Source: Octopus sinensis | Taxonomy: Eukaryota | DNA: 64,000 bases | Direction: 5' to 3' | Assembly (NCBI RefSeq): GCF_006345805.1 | Contig: NC_043010.1 | Location: forward strand, 34,844,001-34,908,000 | Shown here: positions 1 through 12,204 of the stretch, piece after piece | How the letters are laid out: each line of letters begins with the position of its first letter | Numbering within the stretch: position 1 is the first letter of the stretch | Translations under genes and position numbers: made by a program | The notes under the pieces: generated by a model | What the model was told of the DNA's origin: nothing | Seen by the model: only the letters and a program-made list of their open reading frames with translations | Database searches by the model: none

Positions 1-3000
1 AAATTTAACCTTTTTTAAGATACTTTCAAGCCTTCGCCATAACTTGATTTATCTTCCTATCTCTCTCTCTACAATATTTAACCGCAGGCTGCCTCAAGCC
101 GTAATCCCATCTTTTTCCCATCTTTCAGTCATTGGCGGTCTTCTTTTTTTTTTTCTTTTTCCTCCTCTTCTTCTTCATATGCTAAAACTTGAAAACCGCC
201 ATTACTATTACTATTACGATTCTGCAATTTAAATTCCCAGTTCAACTACTTTCTTCTTCAATTTCAACTCCCGCTCGATGACCGCAGCAAGTTCTTAAAA
301 AATTTATCTTACTATATTTTTTATTCGTTGTTAATACGTTTATTCATACACTGTTACGAAAATTTAACCTTTTTTAAGATACTTTCAAGCCTTCGCCATA
401 ACTTGATTTATCTTCCTATCTCTCTCTCTACAATATTTAACCGCAGGCTGCCTCAAGCCGTAATCCCATCTTTTTCCCATCTTTCAGTCATTGGCGGTCT
501 TCTTTTTTTTTTTCTTTTTCCTCCTCTTCTTCTTCATATGCTAAAACTTGAAAACCGCCATTACTATTACTATTACGATTCTGCAATTTAAATTCCCAGT
601 TCAACTACTTTCTTCTTCAATTTCAACTCCCGCTCGATGACCGCAGCAAGTTCTTAAAAAATTTATCTACTATATTTTTTTTTTTTTTTATTCGTTGTTA
701 ATACGTTTATTCATACACTGTTACGAAAATTTAACCTTTTTTAAGATACTTTCAAGCCTTCGCCATAACTTGATTTATCTTCCTATCTCTCTCTCTACAA
801 TATTTAACCGCAGGCTGCCTCAAGCCGTAATCCCATCTTTTTCCCATCTTTCAGTCATTGGCGGTCTTCTTTTTTTTTTCTTTTTCCTCCTCTTCTTCTT
901 CATGCTAAAACTTGAAAACCGCCATTACTATTACTATTACGAAAAACCGCCATTACTATTACTATTACGATTCTGCAATTTAAATTCCCAGTTCAACTAC
1001 TTTCTTCTTCAATTTCAACTCCCCCTCGATGACCGCAGCAAGTTCTTAAAAAATTTATCTTACTATATTTTTTTTTTTTTTTTATTCGTTGTTAATACGT
1101 TTATTCATACACTGTTACGAAAATTTAACCTTTTTTAAGATACTTTCAAGCCTTCGCCATAACTTGATTTATCTTCCTACTCTCTCTCTACAATATTTAA
1201 ACCGGCAGGCTGCCTCAAGCCGTAATCCCATCTTTTTCCCATCTTTCAGTCATTGCGGTCTGCGTCTTTTTTCTTTTTTTCCTCCTCTTCTTCTTCTTCA
1301 TATGCTAAAACTTGAAAACCGCCATTACTATTACTATTACGATTCTGCAATTTAAATTCCCAGTTCAACTACTTTCTTCTTCAATTTCAACTCCCGCTCG
1401 ATGACCGCAGCAAGTTCTTAAAAAATTTATCTTACTATATTTTTTTTTTTTTTTATTCGTTGTTAATACGTTATTCATACACTGTTACGAAAATTTAACC
1501 TTTTTTAAGATACTTTCAAGCCTTCGCCATAACTTGATTTATCTTCCTATCTCTCTCTCTACAATATTTAACCGCAGGCTGCCTCAAGCCGTAATCCCAT
1601 CTTTTTCCCATCTTCAGTGGATTGCGTCTTCTTTTTTCTTTTTCCTCCTCTTCTTCTTCATATGCTAAAACTTGAAAACCGCCATTACTATTACTATTAC
1701 GATTCTGCAATTTAAATTCCCAGTTCAACTACTTTCTTCTTCAATTTCAACTCCCGCTCGATGACCGCAGCAAGTTCTTAAAAAATTTATCTTACTATAT
1801 TTTTTTTTTTTTTTTATTCGTTGTTAATACGTTTATTCATACACTGTTACGAAAATTTAACCTTTTTTAAGATACTTTCAAGCCTTCGCCATAACTTGAT
1901 TTATCTTCCTATCTCTCTCTCTACAATATTTAACCGCAGGCTGCCTCAAGCCGTAATCCCATCTTTTTCCCATCTTTCAGTCATTGGCGGTCTTCTTTTT
2001 TCTTTTTCCTCCTCTTCTTCTTCATATGCTAAAACTTGAAAACCGCCATTACTATTACTATTACGATTCTGCAATTTAAATTCCCAGTTCAACTACTTTC
2101 TTCTTCAATTTCAACTCCCGCTCGATGACCGCAGCAAGTTCTTAAAAAATTTATCTTACTATATTTTTTTTTTTTTTTATTCGTTGTTAATACGTTTATT
2201 CATACACTGTTACGAAAATTTAACCTTTTTTAAGATACTTTCAAGCCTTCGCCATAACTTGATTTATCTTCCTATCTCTCTCTCTACAATATTTAACCGC
2301 AGGCTGCCTCAAGCCGTAATCCCATCTTTTTCCCATCTTTCAGTCATTGGCGGTCTTCTTTTTTCTTTTCCTCCTCCTCTTCTTCTCATATGCTAAAACT
2401 TGAAAACCGCCATTACTATTACTATTACGATTCTGCAATTTAAATTCCCAGTTCAACTACTTTCTTCTTCAATTTCAACTCCCCCTCTCGATGACCGCAG
2501 CAAGTTCTTAAAAAATTTATCTTACTATATTTTTTTTTTTTTTATTCGTTGTTAATACGTTTATTCATACACTGTTACGAAAATTTAACCTTTTTTAAGA
2601 TACTTTCAAGCCTTCGCCATAACTTGATTTATCTTCCTATCTCTCTCTCTACAATATTTAACCGCAGGCTGCCTCAAGCCGTAATCCCATCTTTTTCCCA
2701 TCTTTCAGTCATTGGCGGTCTTTTTCTTTTTTCTTTTTCCTCCTTCTTCTTCATATGCTAAAACTTGAAAACCGCCATTACTATTACTATTACGAAAAAC
2801 CGCCATTACTATTACTATTACGATTCTGCAATTTAAATTCCCAGTTCAACTACTTTCTTCTTCTTCAATTTCAACTCCCGCTCGATGACCGCAGCAAGTT
2901 CTTAAAAAATTTATCTTACTATATTTTTTTTTTTTTTTATTCGTTGTTAATACGTTTATTCATACACTGTTACGAAAATTTAACCTTTTTAAGATACTTT

Positions 3001-5318
3001 CAAGCCTTCGCCATAACTTGATTTATCTTCCTATCTCTCTCTCTACAATATTTAACCGCAGGCTGCCTCAAGCCGTAATCCCATCTTTTTCCCATCTTTC
3101 AGTCATTGGCGGTCTTCTTTTTTCTTTTTCCTCCTCTTCTTCTTCATATGCTAAAACTTGAAAACCGCCATTACTATTACTATTACGATTCTGCAATTTA
3201 AATTCCCAGTTCAACTACTTTCTTCTTCAATTTCAACTCCCGCTCGATGACCGCAGCAAGTTCTTAAAAAATTTATCTTACTATTTATTTTTTTTTTTTT
3301 ATTCGTTGTTAATACGTTTATTCATACACTGTTACGAAAATTTAACCTTTTTTAAGATACTTTCAAGCCTTCGCCATAACTTGATTTATCTTCCTATCTC
3401 TCTCTCTACAATATTTAACCGCAGGCTGCCTCAAGCCGTAATCCCATCTTTTTCCCATCTTTCAGTCATTGGCGGTCTTCTTTTTTCTTTTTTCCCCTCT
3501 CTCTTCTTCATATGCTAAAACTTGAAAACCGCCATTACTATTACTATTACGATTCTGCAATTTAAATTCCCAGTTCAACTACTTTCTTCTTCAATTTCAA
3601 CTCCCGCTCGATGACCGCAGCAAGTTCTTAAAAAATTTATCTTACTATATTTTTTTTTTTTTTTATTCGTTGTTAATACGTTTATTCATACACTGTTACG
3701 AAAATTTAACCTTTTTAAGATACTTTCAAGCCTTCGCCATAACTTGATTTATCTTCCTATCTCTCTCTCTACAATATTTAACCGCAGGCTGCCTCAAGCC
3801 GTAATCCCATCTTTTTCCCATCTTTCAGTCATTGGCGGTCTTCTTTTTTCTTTTTCCTCCTCTTCTTCTTCATATGCTAAAACTTGAAAACCGCCATTAC
3901 TATTACTATTACGATTCTGCAATTTAAATTCCCAGTTCAACTACTTTCTTCTTCAATTTCAACTCCCGCTCGATGACCGCAGCAAGTTCTTAAAAAATTT
4001 ATCTTACTATATTTTTTTTTTTTTTATTCGTTGTTAATACGTTTATTCATACACTGTTACGAAAAATTAACCTTTTTTAAGATACTTTCAAGCCTTCGCC
4101 ATAACTTGATTTATCTTCCTATCTCTCTCTCTACAATATTTAACCGCAGGCTGCCTCAAGCCGTAATCCCATCTTTTTCCCATCTTTCAGTCATTGGCGG
4201 TCTTCTTTTTTCTTTTTCTCCTCTTCTTCTTCTTCATATGCTAAAACTTGAAAACCGCCATTACTATTACTATTACGATTCTGCAATTTAAATTCCCAGT
4301 TCAACTACTTTCTTCTTCAATTTCAACTCCCGCTCGATGACCGCAGCAAGTTCTTAAAAATTTATTTACTATATTTTTTTTTTTTTTTATTCGTTGTTAA
4401 TACGTTTATTCATACACTGTTACGAAAATTTAACCTTTTTTAAGATACTTTCAAGCCTTCGCCATAACTTGATTTATCTTCCTATCTCTCTCTCTACAAT
4501 ATTTAACCGCAGGCTGCCTCAAGCCGTAATCCCATCTTTTTCCCATCTTTCAGTCATTGGCGGTCTTCTTTTTTCTTTTTCCTCCTCTTCTTCTTCATAT
4601 GCTAAAACTTGAAAACCGCCATTACTATTACTATTACGAAAAACCGCCATTACTATTACTATTACGATTCTGCAATTTAAATTCCCAGTTCAACTACTTT
4701 CTTCTTCAATTTCAACTCCCGCTCGATGACCGCAGCAAGTTCTTAAAAAATTTATCTTACTATATTTTTTTTTTTTTTTATTCGTTGTTAATACGTTTAT
4801 TCATACACTGTTACGAAAATTTAACCTTTTTTAAGATACTTTCAAGCCTTCGCCATAACTTGATTTATCTTCCTATCTCTCTCTCTACAATATTTAACCG
4901 CAGGCTGCCTCAAGCCGTAATCCCATCTTTTTCCCATCTTTCAGTCATTGGCGGTCTTCTTTTTTCTTTTTCCTCCTCTTCTTCTTCATATGCTAAAACT
5001 TGAAAACCGCCATTACTATTACTATTACGATTCTGCAATTTAAATTCCCAGTTCAACTACTTTCTTCTTCAATTTCAACTCCCGCTCGATGACCGCAGCA
5101 AGTTCTTAAAAAATTTATCTTACTATATTTTTTTTTTTTTTTATTCGTTGTTAATACGTTTATTCATACACTGTTACGAAAATTTAACCTTTTTTAAGAT
5201 ACTTTCAAGCCTTCGCCATAACTTGATTTATCTTCCTATCTCTCTCTCTACAATATTTAACCGCAGGCTGCCTCAAGCCGTAATCCCATCTTTTTCCCAT
5301 CTTTCAGTCATTGGCGGT
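1..5318. repeat. Tandem satellite array, ~363-bp monomer, ~14.5 copies, organised as a 5-monomer (~1.85 kb) higher-order repeat; runs off the window start
   Basis: The marker GATGACCGCAGCAAG recurs at about 277, 636, 1028, 1400, 1760, 2124, 2490, 2884, 3246, 3610, 3972, 4336, 4725 and 5088. Monomers differ mainly in homopolymer length. Units 3, 8 and 13 carry an extra AAAAACCGCCATTACTATTACTATTACG. The array stops abruptly after CATTGGCGGT at 5318. Confidence 0.97.
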
Positions 5319-5340
5319 GCGCCCGCCCCCCCACCCCCAC

Positions 5341-5457
5341 CACCAATACCGTTGAACACTGTTTCTCACCCCCACCACCAATACCGTTGAACACTGTTTC
5401 TCACCCCCACCACCAATACCGTTGAACACTGTTCTCACCCCCCCACCACCAATACCA
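5341..5457. repeat. 35-bp minisatellite (CACCAATACCGTTGAACACTGTTTCTCACCCCCAC), 3 copies plus a partial
   Basis: Copies read directly at 5341-5375, 5376-5410 and 5411-5446, then a partial CACCAATACCA. Confidence 0.9.
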
Positions 5458-5649
5458 GTATACCCCGTTCTCTCTATCTACACCGGATACACCTTACTCA
5501 TCTACGCTGGGTACGCCCTACTCCCTCCTCCTCCTCCCACTACCACTTCTCCTCATATGCTTAAGACAAGCTGCTAGCGCCATAGCTCATCAACTGCCCA
5601 CCGATCTTACGCTTCCTCCTGACACTGCCTCAATCCGACCATCCCCTTT

Positions 5650-5775
5650 TAGTACCCTCCCGCCTCGTCACCTACCCATTCTAAGTACCCCCCTACCCAT
5701 TCTAAGTACCCCGGACCCCACCCCAAGTACCCCGGATCCCCAAAATACCCCCGTCCCCAAAGTACCCCGGACCTC
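5650..5775. repeat. C-rich short tandem repeats (CCTACCCATTCTAAGTACCC x2; recurring AAGTACCCC motif, ~20-bp period)
   Basis: Direct reading; strong C/G strand skew. Confidence 0.75.
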
Positions 5776-6046
5776 GTTGCCCCCGTGCCGCTGACACGTT
5801 AAAATGCTCGAATCCGATCGTGACGATGCCGGACCCTCCGGCCCCTGTGCAGGTGGCACGTAAAAAGCACCCAATCCACTCACGGAGTGGTTGGCGTTAG
5901 GAAGGGCATCCAGCCGTAGAAACTCTGCCAGATTCAGACTGGAGCCTGGAGCGGCCTTGGCTTCCCAGACCCGGTCAAACCGTCCAACCCGTGCTAGCGC
6001 GGAAAGCGGACGTTAAACGATGATGATGATGATGATGATGATGATA
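5775..6046 (+). mobile_element. SINE 3' half ending in a (GAT)n tail (RTE-partner type), CpG-intact copy
   Basis: GGCACGTAAAAAGCAC...GGTTGGCGTTAGGAAGGGCATCCAGC...CCGTCCAACCCGTGCTAGCGCGGAAAGCGGACGTTAAAC(GAT)n. The same 3' end recurs at ~18990-19047 (+), 33960-34022 (+), 34720-34810 (-), 45170-45335 (-) and 59015-59170 (-). The RTE partnership is from recall. Confidence 0.8.
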
Positions 6047-9000
6047 TATATACACACACACACACACACATAACTAATATACTGTATGTCAGTCATTATT
6101 GAATATAAAGCATTGTTATTGTATGCAATAATAATGATTTTTCCCATTAGTTCAAGTACACAAAATTAGAAGATGGGTTTAAGATTACTGAATGATAATA
6201 ACAATAATGATAATAATGGTTTCAAATTTTGTCAAAAGGCCAGCAACCTTAGGTAAAGGGGTGAGGTGGTTACAGTGACCCCAGCACTAAACTGGTGTCT
6301 TTCTATTGCATTTCTAAGTTATATATTTGTAACTAACGAAAAAAAAACAAAACAAATACTATAAAGACAAGCAAAAAATGATACTTCTCATCTATGAGAA
6401 CATATTTGGCAAGACTCTGCTAAAGACTTAAAATATATTGGAGAAAGACATGAGATTGTGTGGCATTCATTCTTTTCTCAATGAAAACTAATGGTTTAAG
6501 CAAGAAGAAAACCACTTAAATAACAAAATAAATAATAAGGATTCCTAATATAGGCACAATGTCTCACTTTTGGCAGAAGGGGAGGCATAATCGATTACAT
6601 CAAACCACCCAGTCTATACTTCACTGGTACTTATTTTAATGAATTCAGAAAGAGGAAAGGCAAAGTAGATACTGGTGGGATTTGAACTCAGAAAGTAAAG
6701 AACTGTAACTAAACACTATAAGGCATTTGAAAGGAATATGCTGTTGCATGTACAGACATAAACACACATTATCAGGACTAAAGTTTGGATACAGTGGTGT
6801 GATGATGAGTTCAGAGAGGTTTGAATTCTCAACACTGTTGATTTAACAACAAACATCTTGCCAATCAGTGCTGTTTATAGCCAAGTGGATTGGGATATTT
6901 GAGGGTTAAGCACCTTCACTGTAGACTGAAGAAAACATTTATTATATGTATGTGTGTTGCCACAATAAAATGTACCTTGAACACAATGTAAGGTGTTGAG
7001 AGAATTTTATAATCTTGTCAAAGACATAGCAACTTCACTGGTGCTGGTGCCATGATAAACTGCATTCAGTATGCCTTGTGGAGCAGTTTGTGAAGGGCAT
7101 TCAACAGTGGAAATCAGGTTAAAATGAAATATATGAGATGTGATCCTCTGACCAATTCAAGAAAATACTAACTCTCAATAAGAACTGACACAAACTGTGG
7201 CAACCTATCTGATCCATGCCAGCAAGGAACATGGGCATAAGACAATGATTTATATTCATAAATATATATATAAAACAATGATATGCAAATAAATAGAGAG
7301 AACTGTTTGTATGTATATGTTCATTCATTCATTCAAAGTTGATGATTGTTACTTAGAGTTTTTCATGTTTGCATTTGTTGAAGCAATAAAATGCCTGAAC
7401 AAATGCATCCCTAGGAAACTCAGAATAGCAACAGACTAAATCATCAGCCTTGAATGGATAAATAAAATCTACCACATTTGCCAAAACAGGCTTTTCAAAC
7501 AAACACACACACACACACACACACGAGTGTGAGTGTGTGTAAGTAGACAAGATAGGTAGATAACACAAATTATTTGAAATAAAATATATTACATATCTGA
7601 TGGTACGTTTGGCTGAATATAGCTGTGGATGATGGATTCCCTCCATCTTACTTATACCCATAAACAAACACATAAATGAAGAACAAGTATTCAGATTAAA
7701 AATAAGTACTAAAAGCACTGAGATTCATTAAGTATCTAAAAAGCTCTCGATATTCAGTTAATTAATAACAGGCTTTCTTTTATTGTTTTGAGAGTTAGCA
7801 ACCATATACCAAATCGATTTTGGTGGTCTTGAAGAATGAAATTCTTCCAAAAGTAAGGTATTCAAATACAGGAAAAGTAAGCAAAGAAAAAAAGAAAAAG
7901 GTAAGAAAAAAAAGTAAAATGGGTACTAAATTTCTAAAGGAGGGAGTTTCTATATATATTCACTTACCATGATCATTGTACTAGCTAAATCCCTTCCAAC
8001 AATTTCACTACATTTTTTTTTAAAATGGGAACCACAAAATTTAGTGAATGAGTTTAAATATAGTCATTTTGTTACTTTATATAGCTGTAAAATCTTCCTC
8101 AGAAAAGTTTTGACTGTCTACATGTGTATACACATACATGGATATATATTTTAATGGGATCGTCAGAGGTAATGAAGGAGCTTCTAGAAAGTCACTTGAT
8201 CTGCTCAATCTAGCAGCTAAATCTCCCAAAACAAACTCCCAACTGCTTGTAATATGAAACCCTATAAACCCTTTAAACCAGCAAAAAAAACAAAAAAACT
8301 TGTCTATAGTTACAGAACCTTCTCAGTTTAACAGCCAAATCTCTCCTTAAATAACTCTTTGTCATTTCCCAAATGATGAAAGACACAGCAATATCTGGTT
8401 TCTAAATGATCCAGTGACTGCATCCTTGACATAAGCCTGCTTAAACATATTAGCCTAAAGCTATTCAATACCAACACCAATAACCTCTCACAGAATCCAG
8501 TAAGGGATCAGCTATGTAGTCACTTTTTGTGCTAAAAGTAACAGCCAAATATCTCTCAAATCCACCTTCCTGTCTCATACAAAAAAAAAGCACACTAAGA
8601 AAAATCTGGAACATCATAGGTCTGCTGGATCAGAGCTGACTTGAGGATCAACAACATTAACCACTGCTTCAAACTAAATCAACATACAATTTTACTTTAC
8701 AGTAGCAACAATTAGAACTTTGCTTGTCTGCTTTTGTTTTTTATATATTGTTTTATATCTATTTATCTAAGACATCATGAAAACATTAGCTTGCCTATTG
8801 CTGAAGTAGTTGTTTTCACAGATATGGCTGTCTTTTCCTACTGCTAAACACATATCTAGGGCAACCAGAATTAAGTGGAAATTAAACAGAAGAGGTGCAT
8901 GTTACTATTGCAATGTTGTTGACCTCCAGATCTGTTCTGATTCCTGACTGCACAGACCTGTGACTCTAGGTATTCCAGTTGTAACAGTCCTGTATCTAGG

Positions 9001-9479
9001 ATTACACCAATGTGTTGTTTCCTTTTTTTAAGATGGTTGGGTGTGATCTGAGAAAAATTTAAGTGCTATTTCTGGCTTGTTAAGCATCTGTATAGAAACC
9101 CCCTTAATGGTTTTAGAAATCTATGTTGATGTGCTAAAAGAAGAATGTGAATCAATATTTTTAAAAAGGATACATTGCCAGAGAGAAAAATGAAGCCCTG
9201 TCTAAAAGGTTATATCATCAACCAATTCTTGTGACTAACCTTAGAATTATACATTTGTGTTTTGTTTAGAGGACCTAACACAATAGTCACAATGGTCTGC
9301 ACTTTCATATCACAGTCCTTGTATTGTGCTGCTATACTATAAAAACTAATGCAGGACATAAAATATAAAGGTGTATTGAAACAGTAAACTTGTAAGGTTT
9401 CATTTCATTGATAAAAGTTTTAGTTCTGCTTTTTTTATTGGTTTGATGGAAGTGGTTTTGTCCATAACCTTTACAGATC

Positions 9480-9790
9480 TCTGAAACCAATGATTTAGAC
9501 GTGGTCAATGTTTTTGAATAGTTACAAGCTGACAGCTTTAAGAAAAGCAATGGCAGGAAAGGAGTGCAAAGGTTGATGTTTTGGAGAACAAAGAACAGAG
9601 TATAGTGGTTAGGGTAGAGTCTAGGGGTAGTAAACACAATATAGGTTTTAAATCGAGAGGTAAATGAATCAGTAGTGCACAAAATGAGCCAGATTTGAGG
9701 AGCAGGTATCACAGTAGTAGGGGTAGAAAAAGCGGAATGAGACAGTAGATATGTAAGCCAGAGGTTGGGGAGTGTTGGGAGCTAAAACTC
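9480..9790 (-). pseudogene. Decayed CR1-like LINE ORF2 C-terminal fragment
   Basis: The minus strand reads FLPYYCDTCSSNLAHFV then, after stops and shifts, SFPAIAFLKAVSL*LFKNIDH. This resembles the FYRYYxGxCSSELAxLV...WNSLPxxVFPxxxxLQxFK C-terminus of CR1-like LINEs as I recall it. Confidence 0.45.
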
Positions 9791-10146
9791 TTCTAACTAT
9801 AAATCCTTAAATAGCTCCCTAACCCTTTCCCAAACGATGAATGATGAAGAAATATCAATAACTTGCTTTTAAATGATTCACTGATTGCATCCTTGTCCTG
9901 TACATATATCTGTACCATGGCTCCTAGTACCATGATAATGTAAGACCTTATGACTATTTGGTTAAGCACTCCAGCAGTTTAACTCCACAATTATTGAGTA
10001 CCATATATGGATTTAAAGTCAACCTGCTTATAATATGTCAGGAGATACTTTATATCTCATGATTTACAGACAAATTATATAGGATAGCTTCTTTCAATTT
10101 GTTAAGAGACTGTCTTGCTCCTGTAGTTCAGTTATAGAAATGAATT

Positions 10147-10212
10147 GGCTCAGTGGATAAGGCATTGGACTATCAGCTCATAGGTCAGCAGTTCAAATCC
10201 CCAGCTGGGGAT
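10147..10212 (+). pseudogene. tRNA-derived (Arg-like) SINE head or tRNA pseudogene; related copy at ~52405-52465 (-)
   Basis: A-box-like GGCTCAGTGGATAAGGC and B-box-like GTTCAAATCC, but no pairable anticodon or acceptor stems. The second copy reads TGGATAAGGTATTGGATGATTATCAGC...GTTCAAATCC. Confidence 0.45.
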
Positions 10213-10679
10213 TTGTCATGTTACTGAATTTTGATAATGTTAACAGCAGGTTTAAGCAGTGTTGATGGCAGTGGTGATGTTGTAAGTAGCAATATTATTT
10301 TATCAATCCCTGGAAAGTGGAAAAGTAAAGTAAATCCAGGCAGGATATCAATTTAGTCTGTAAAGAGTTTTAAATAAATACTGCCAAGTATCTTATTCAC
10401 TTCTCTATCCATTGGCTTAACATGACATTTCATTTAACATTGGCTGATATGAGAGATAAAAGGCCTAACTTGAAACTAGCATGATTGAAATACAGAGTGG
10501 GAGTGAGGCAAGGGTTACTGAATACTGTAAAACATTTAAAAGCCCAATGTTTCTCCAATTTCTCCAATTCCACCATTCTATATAATAATGTTTCTAATTT
10601 AAGAACAAGACCAGAAATTTGTGAGGAAGTCTTAACTGATTTCATCATTTCAAGACTTAAGCGATACTTTATTTCAGCA

Positions 10680-11388
10680 ACCCTGTAGGGATGAAAGGTA
10701 AAGCTGGCCTTAGTGAGATTTGAACTCAGAACTTAAAGAGCTGAAAGAAATACCACAAGGCATTTTGATCAGTACGCCAAAGATTCTGCCAATCTATCAC
10801 AACAACAACAATAATAATCCTTTCTACTACTGGCACAAGGCCTGAAATTTTGGGGGTGGGGACCAGTTAATTACATTGACCCCAGTGCATAACTAGTACT
10901 GAATTTATCAACCCTAAAAGGATGAAATCAAAGTCGACCTCGGCAGAATTTGAACTCAGAATGTGAAGACAGACGAAATATTGTTAAGCATTTTACCCGG
11001 CATGCTAACAATTCTGCCATCTTGCCGCCTTATTAATAATAATAATAATGATAATAATCTTTTCTACTATAGGCACAACGCTAGAAAATTTGGGGAGGGG
11101 ACCAGTCGATTACATTGACCCCAGTGCATAACTGGTATTTATTTCATCGACCCCCAACAGGATGAAAGGCAAACTTAACCTCTGCAGAATAATAATGGTT
11201 TCAAATTTTGGCACAAGGCCAGCAATTTTGGGGTATGGGATAAGTCATTTACATCAACTCCAGTGATCAACAGGTATATATTTTATCAACCCTGAAAGGA
11301 TGAAAGGTAAAGTTGACTCAAGTAAAATTTGAACTTCAGAACATAAAGATGGACAAAATGCTGCTAAGCATTTTGCCAGCTTGCTGCC

Positions 11389-11424
<36 letters not shown>

Positions 11425-11620
11425 GTAATAATTTCAAATTTAGGCACAAGGCCAGTAGTTTTGAATTATGGGGAAAATCAATACCATTGACCTCCAGTAT
11501 GTGACTGGTACTGTATTTTACCAAACCTGGAGAGATAAAAAGCACAGGTGATTTAAATTCAGAATGTAAATTGGTAGAATAAATACCATAAAGCCTTTTC
11601 CAATGTTCTTGGTACAACAC
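10680..11620 (-). mobile_element. Head-to-tail array of ~5 tRNA-derived SINEs separated by (AAT)n
   Basis: Repeated unit in sense orientation: GGCAGTGAGCTGGCAGAATCGTTAGC (A box)...GAGTTCAAATTCC (B box)...GCCTTTCATCCTTTCGGGGTCGATAAA...GTACCAG...GCCTTGTGCC tail, then (ATT)n. Confidence 0.85.
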
Positions 11621-12204
11621 AAAACATTTATATAGAAGATGGTATGGTTGATTGAACTATAACAATATTACTAGCATTCCTTTCAGTTTCACTAGCTCCT
11701 TGATCAATAAAGGACTAAGTTGATCCAAATAGAATTTCACCTCAGAGCTAAGATCATAAATCCCTTAAGTGCTCATCAGCATCATTTAACGTTCATTTTC
11801 TATTATGGCATGGGTTGGACAGCTCACCAAGAGCTGGCAAGGCCACGAGCAACATCAGGTTCTATAGCTTGTTTTGACTTGATTTCTACAGTTAGATGCC
11901 CTTCCTAATGCCAACCACCTTACAGTGTACTGGGCTTTTTAAGTGGCACCAGTGCTTTGTATGTGGCACCTTCACTAGTGCTTTTTAAATTGAGGGGCCA
12001 AGGTGGGGGATCTTATGCTGAGTATAGGAATGCAGCATATAAGGATAAGTATAAATACATTAAAGAGAAAAGTAATACTAAGATCTGTAAATATTGTTAG
12101 GGCATTTTCACATTACTTTTGTTAATACTAAAAGTCTTAAATATACCTAACTTATTTTGATATAAGAAAGAAAAGTATAATAATAATAATAATAATGATG
12201 ATGA

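Noticed and set aside
1-5318. Satellite as a 5S/tRNA/snRNA gene array or hammerhead retrozyme
   Set aside because: No 5S, tRNA or snRNA sequence recognised on either strand. TCGATGA is not followed by a pairable stem II and GAAA.
44-5390. Repeated MLIRLFIHCYENL... ORFs
   Set aside because: Products of the satellite monomer. They start at TTG, frames change with homopolymer length from copy to copy, and there are no splice signals or recognisable domain.
5341-5457. 35-bp direct repeats as a CRISPR array
   Set aside because: The repeats are contiguous with no spacers, the context is eukaryotic, and there are no cas genes.
5650-5775. Telomeric repeat
   Set aside because: G-rich on the minus strand but no (TTAGGG)n run.
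7353-7718. 121-aa minus-strand ORF
   Set aside because: Spans a (CA)n tract, has no convincing splice-site pair and no recognisable motif.
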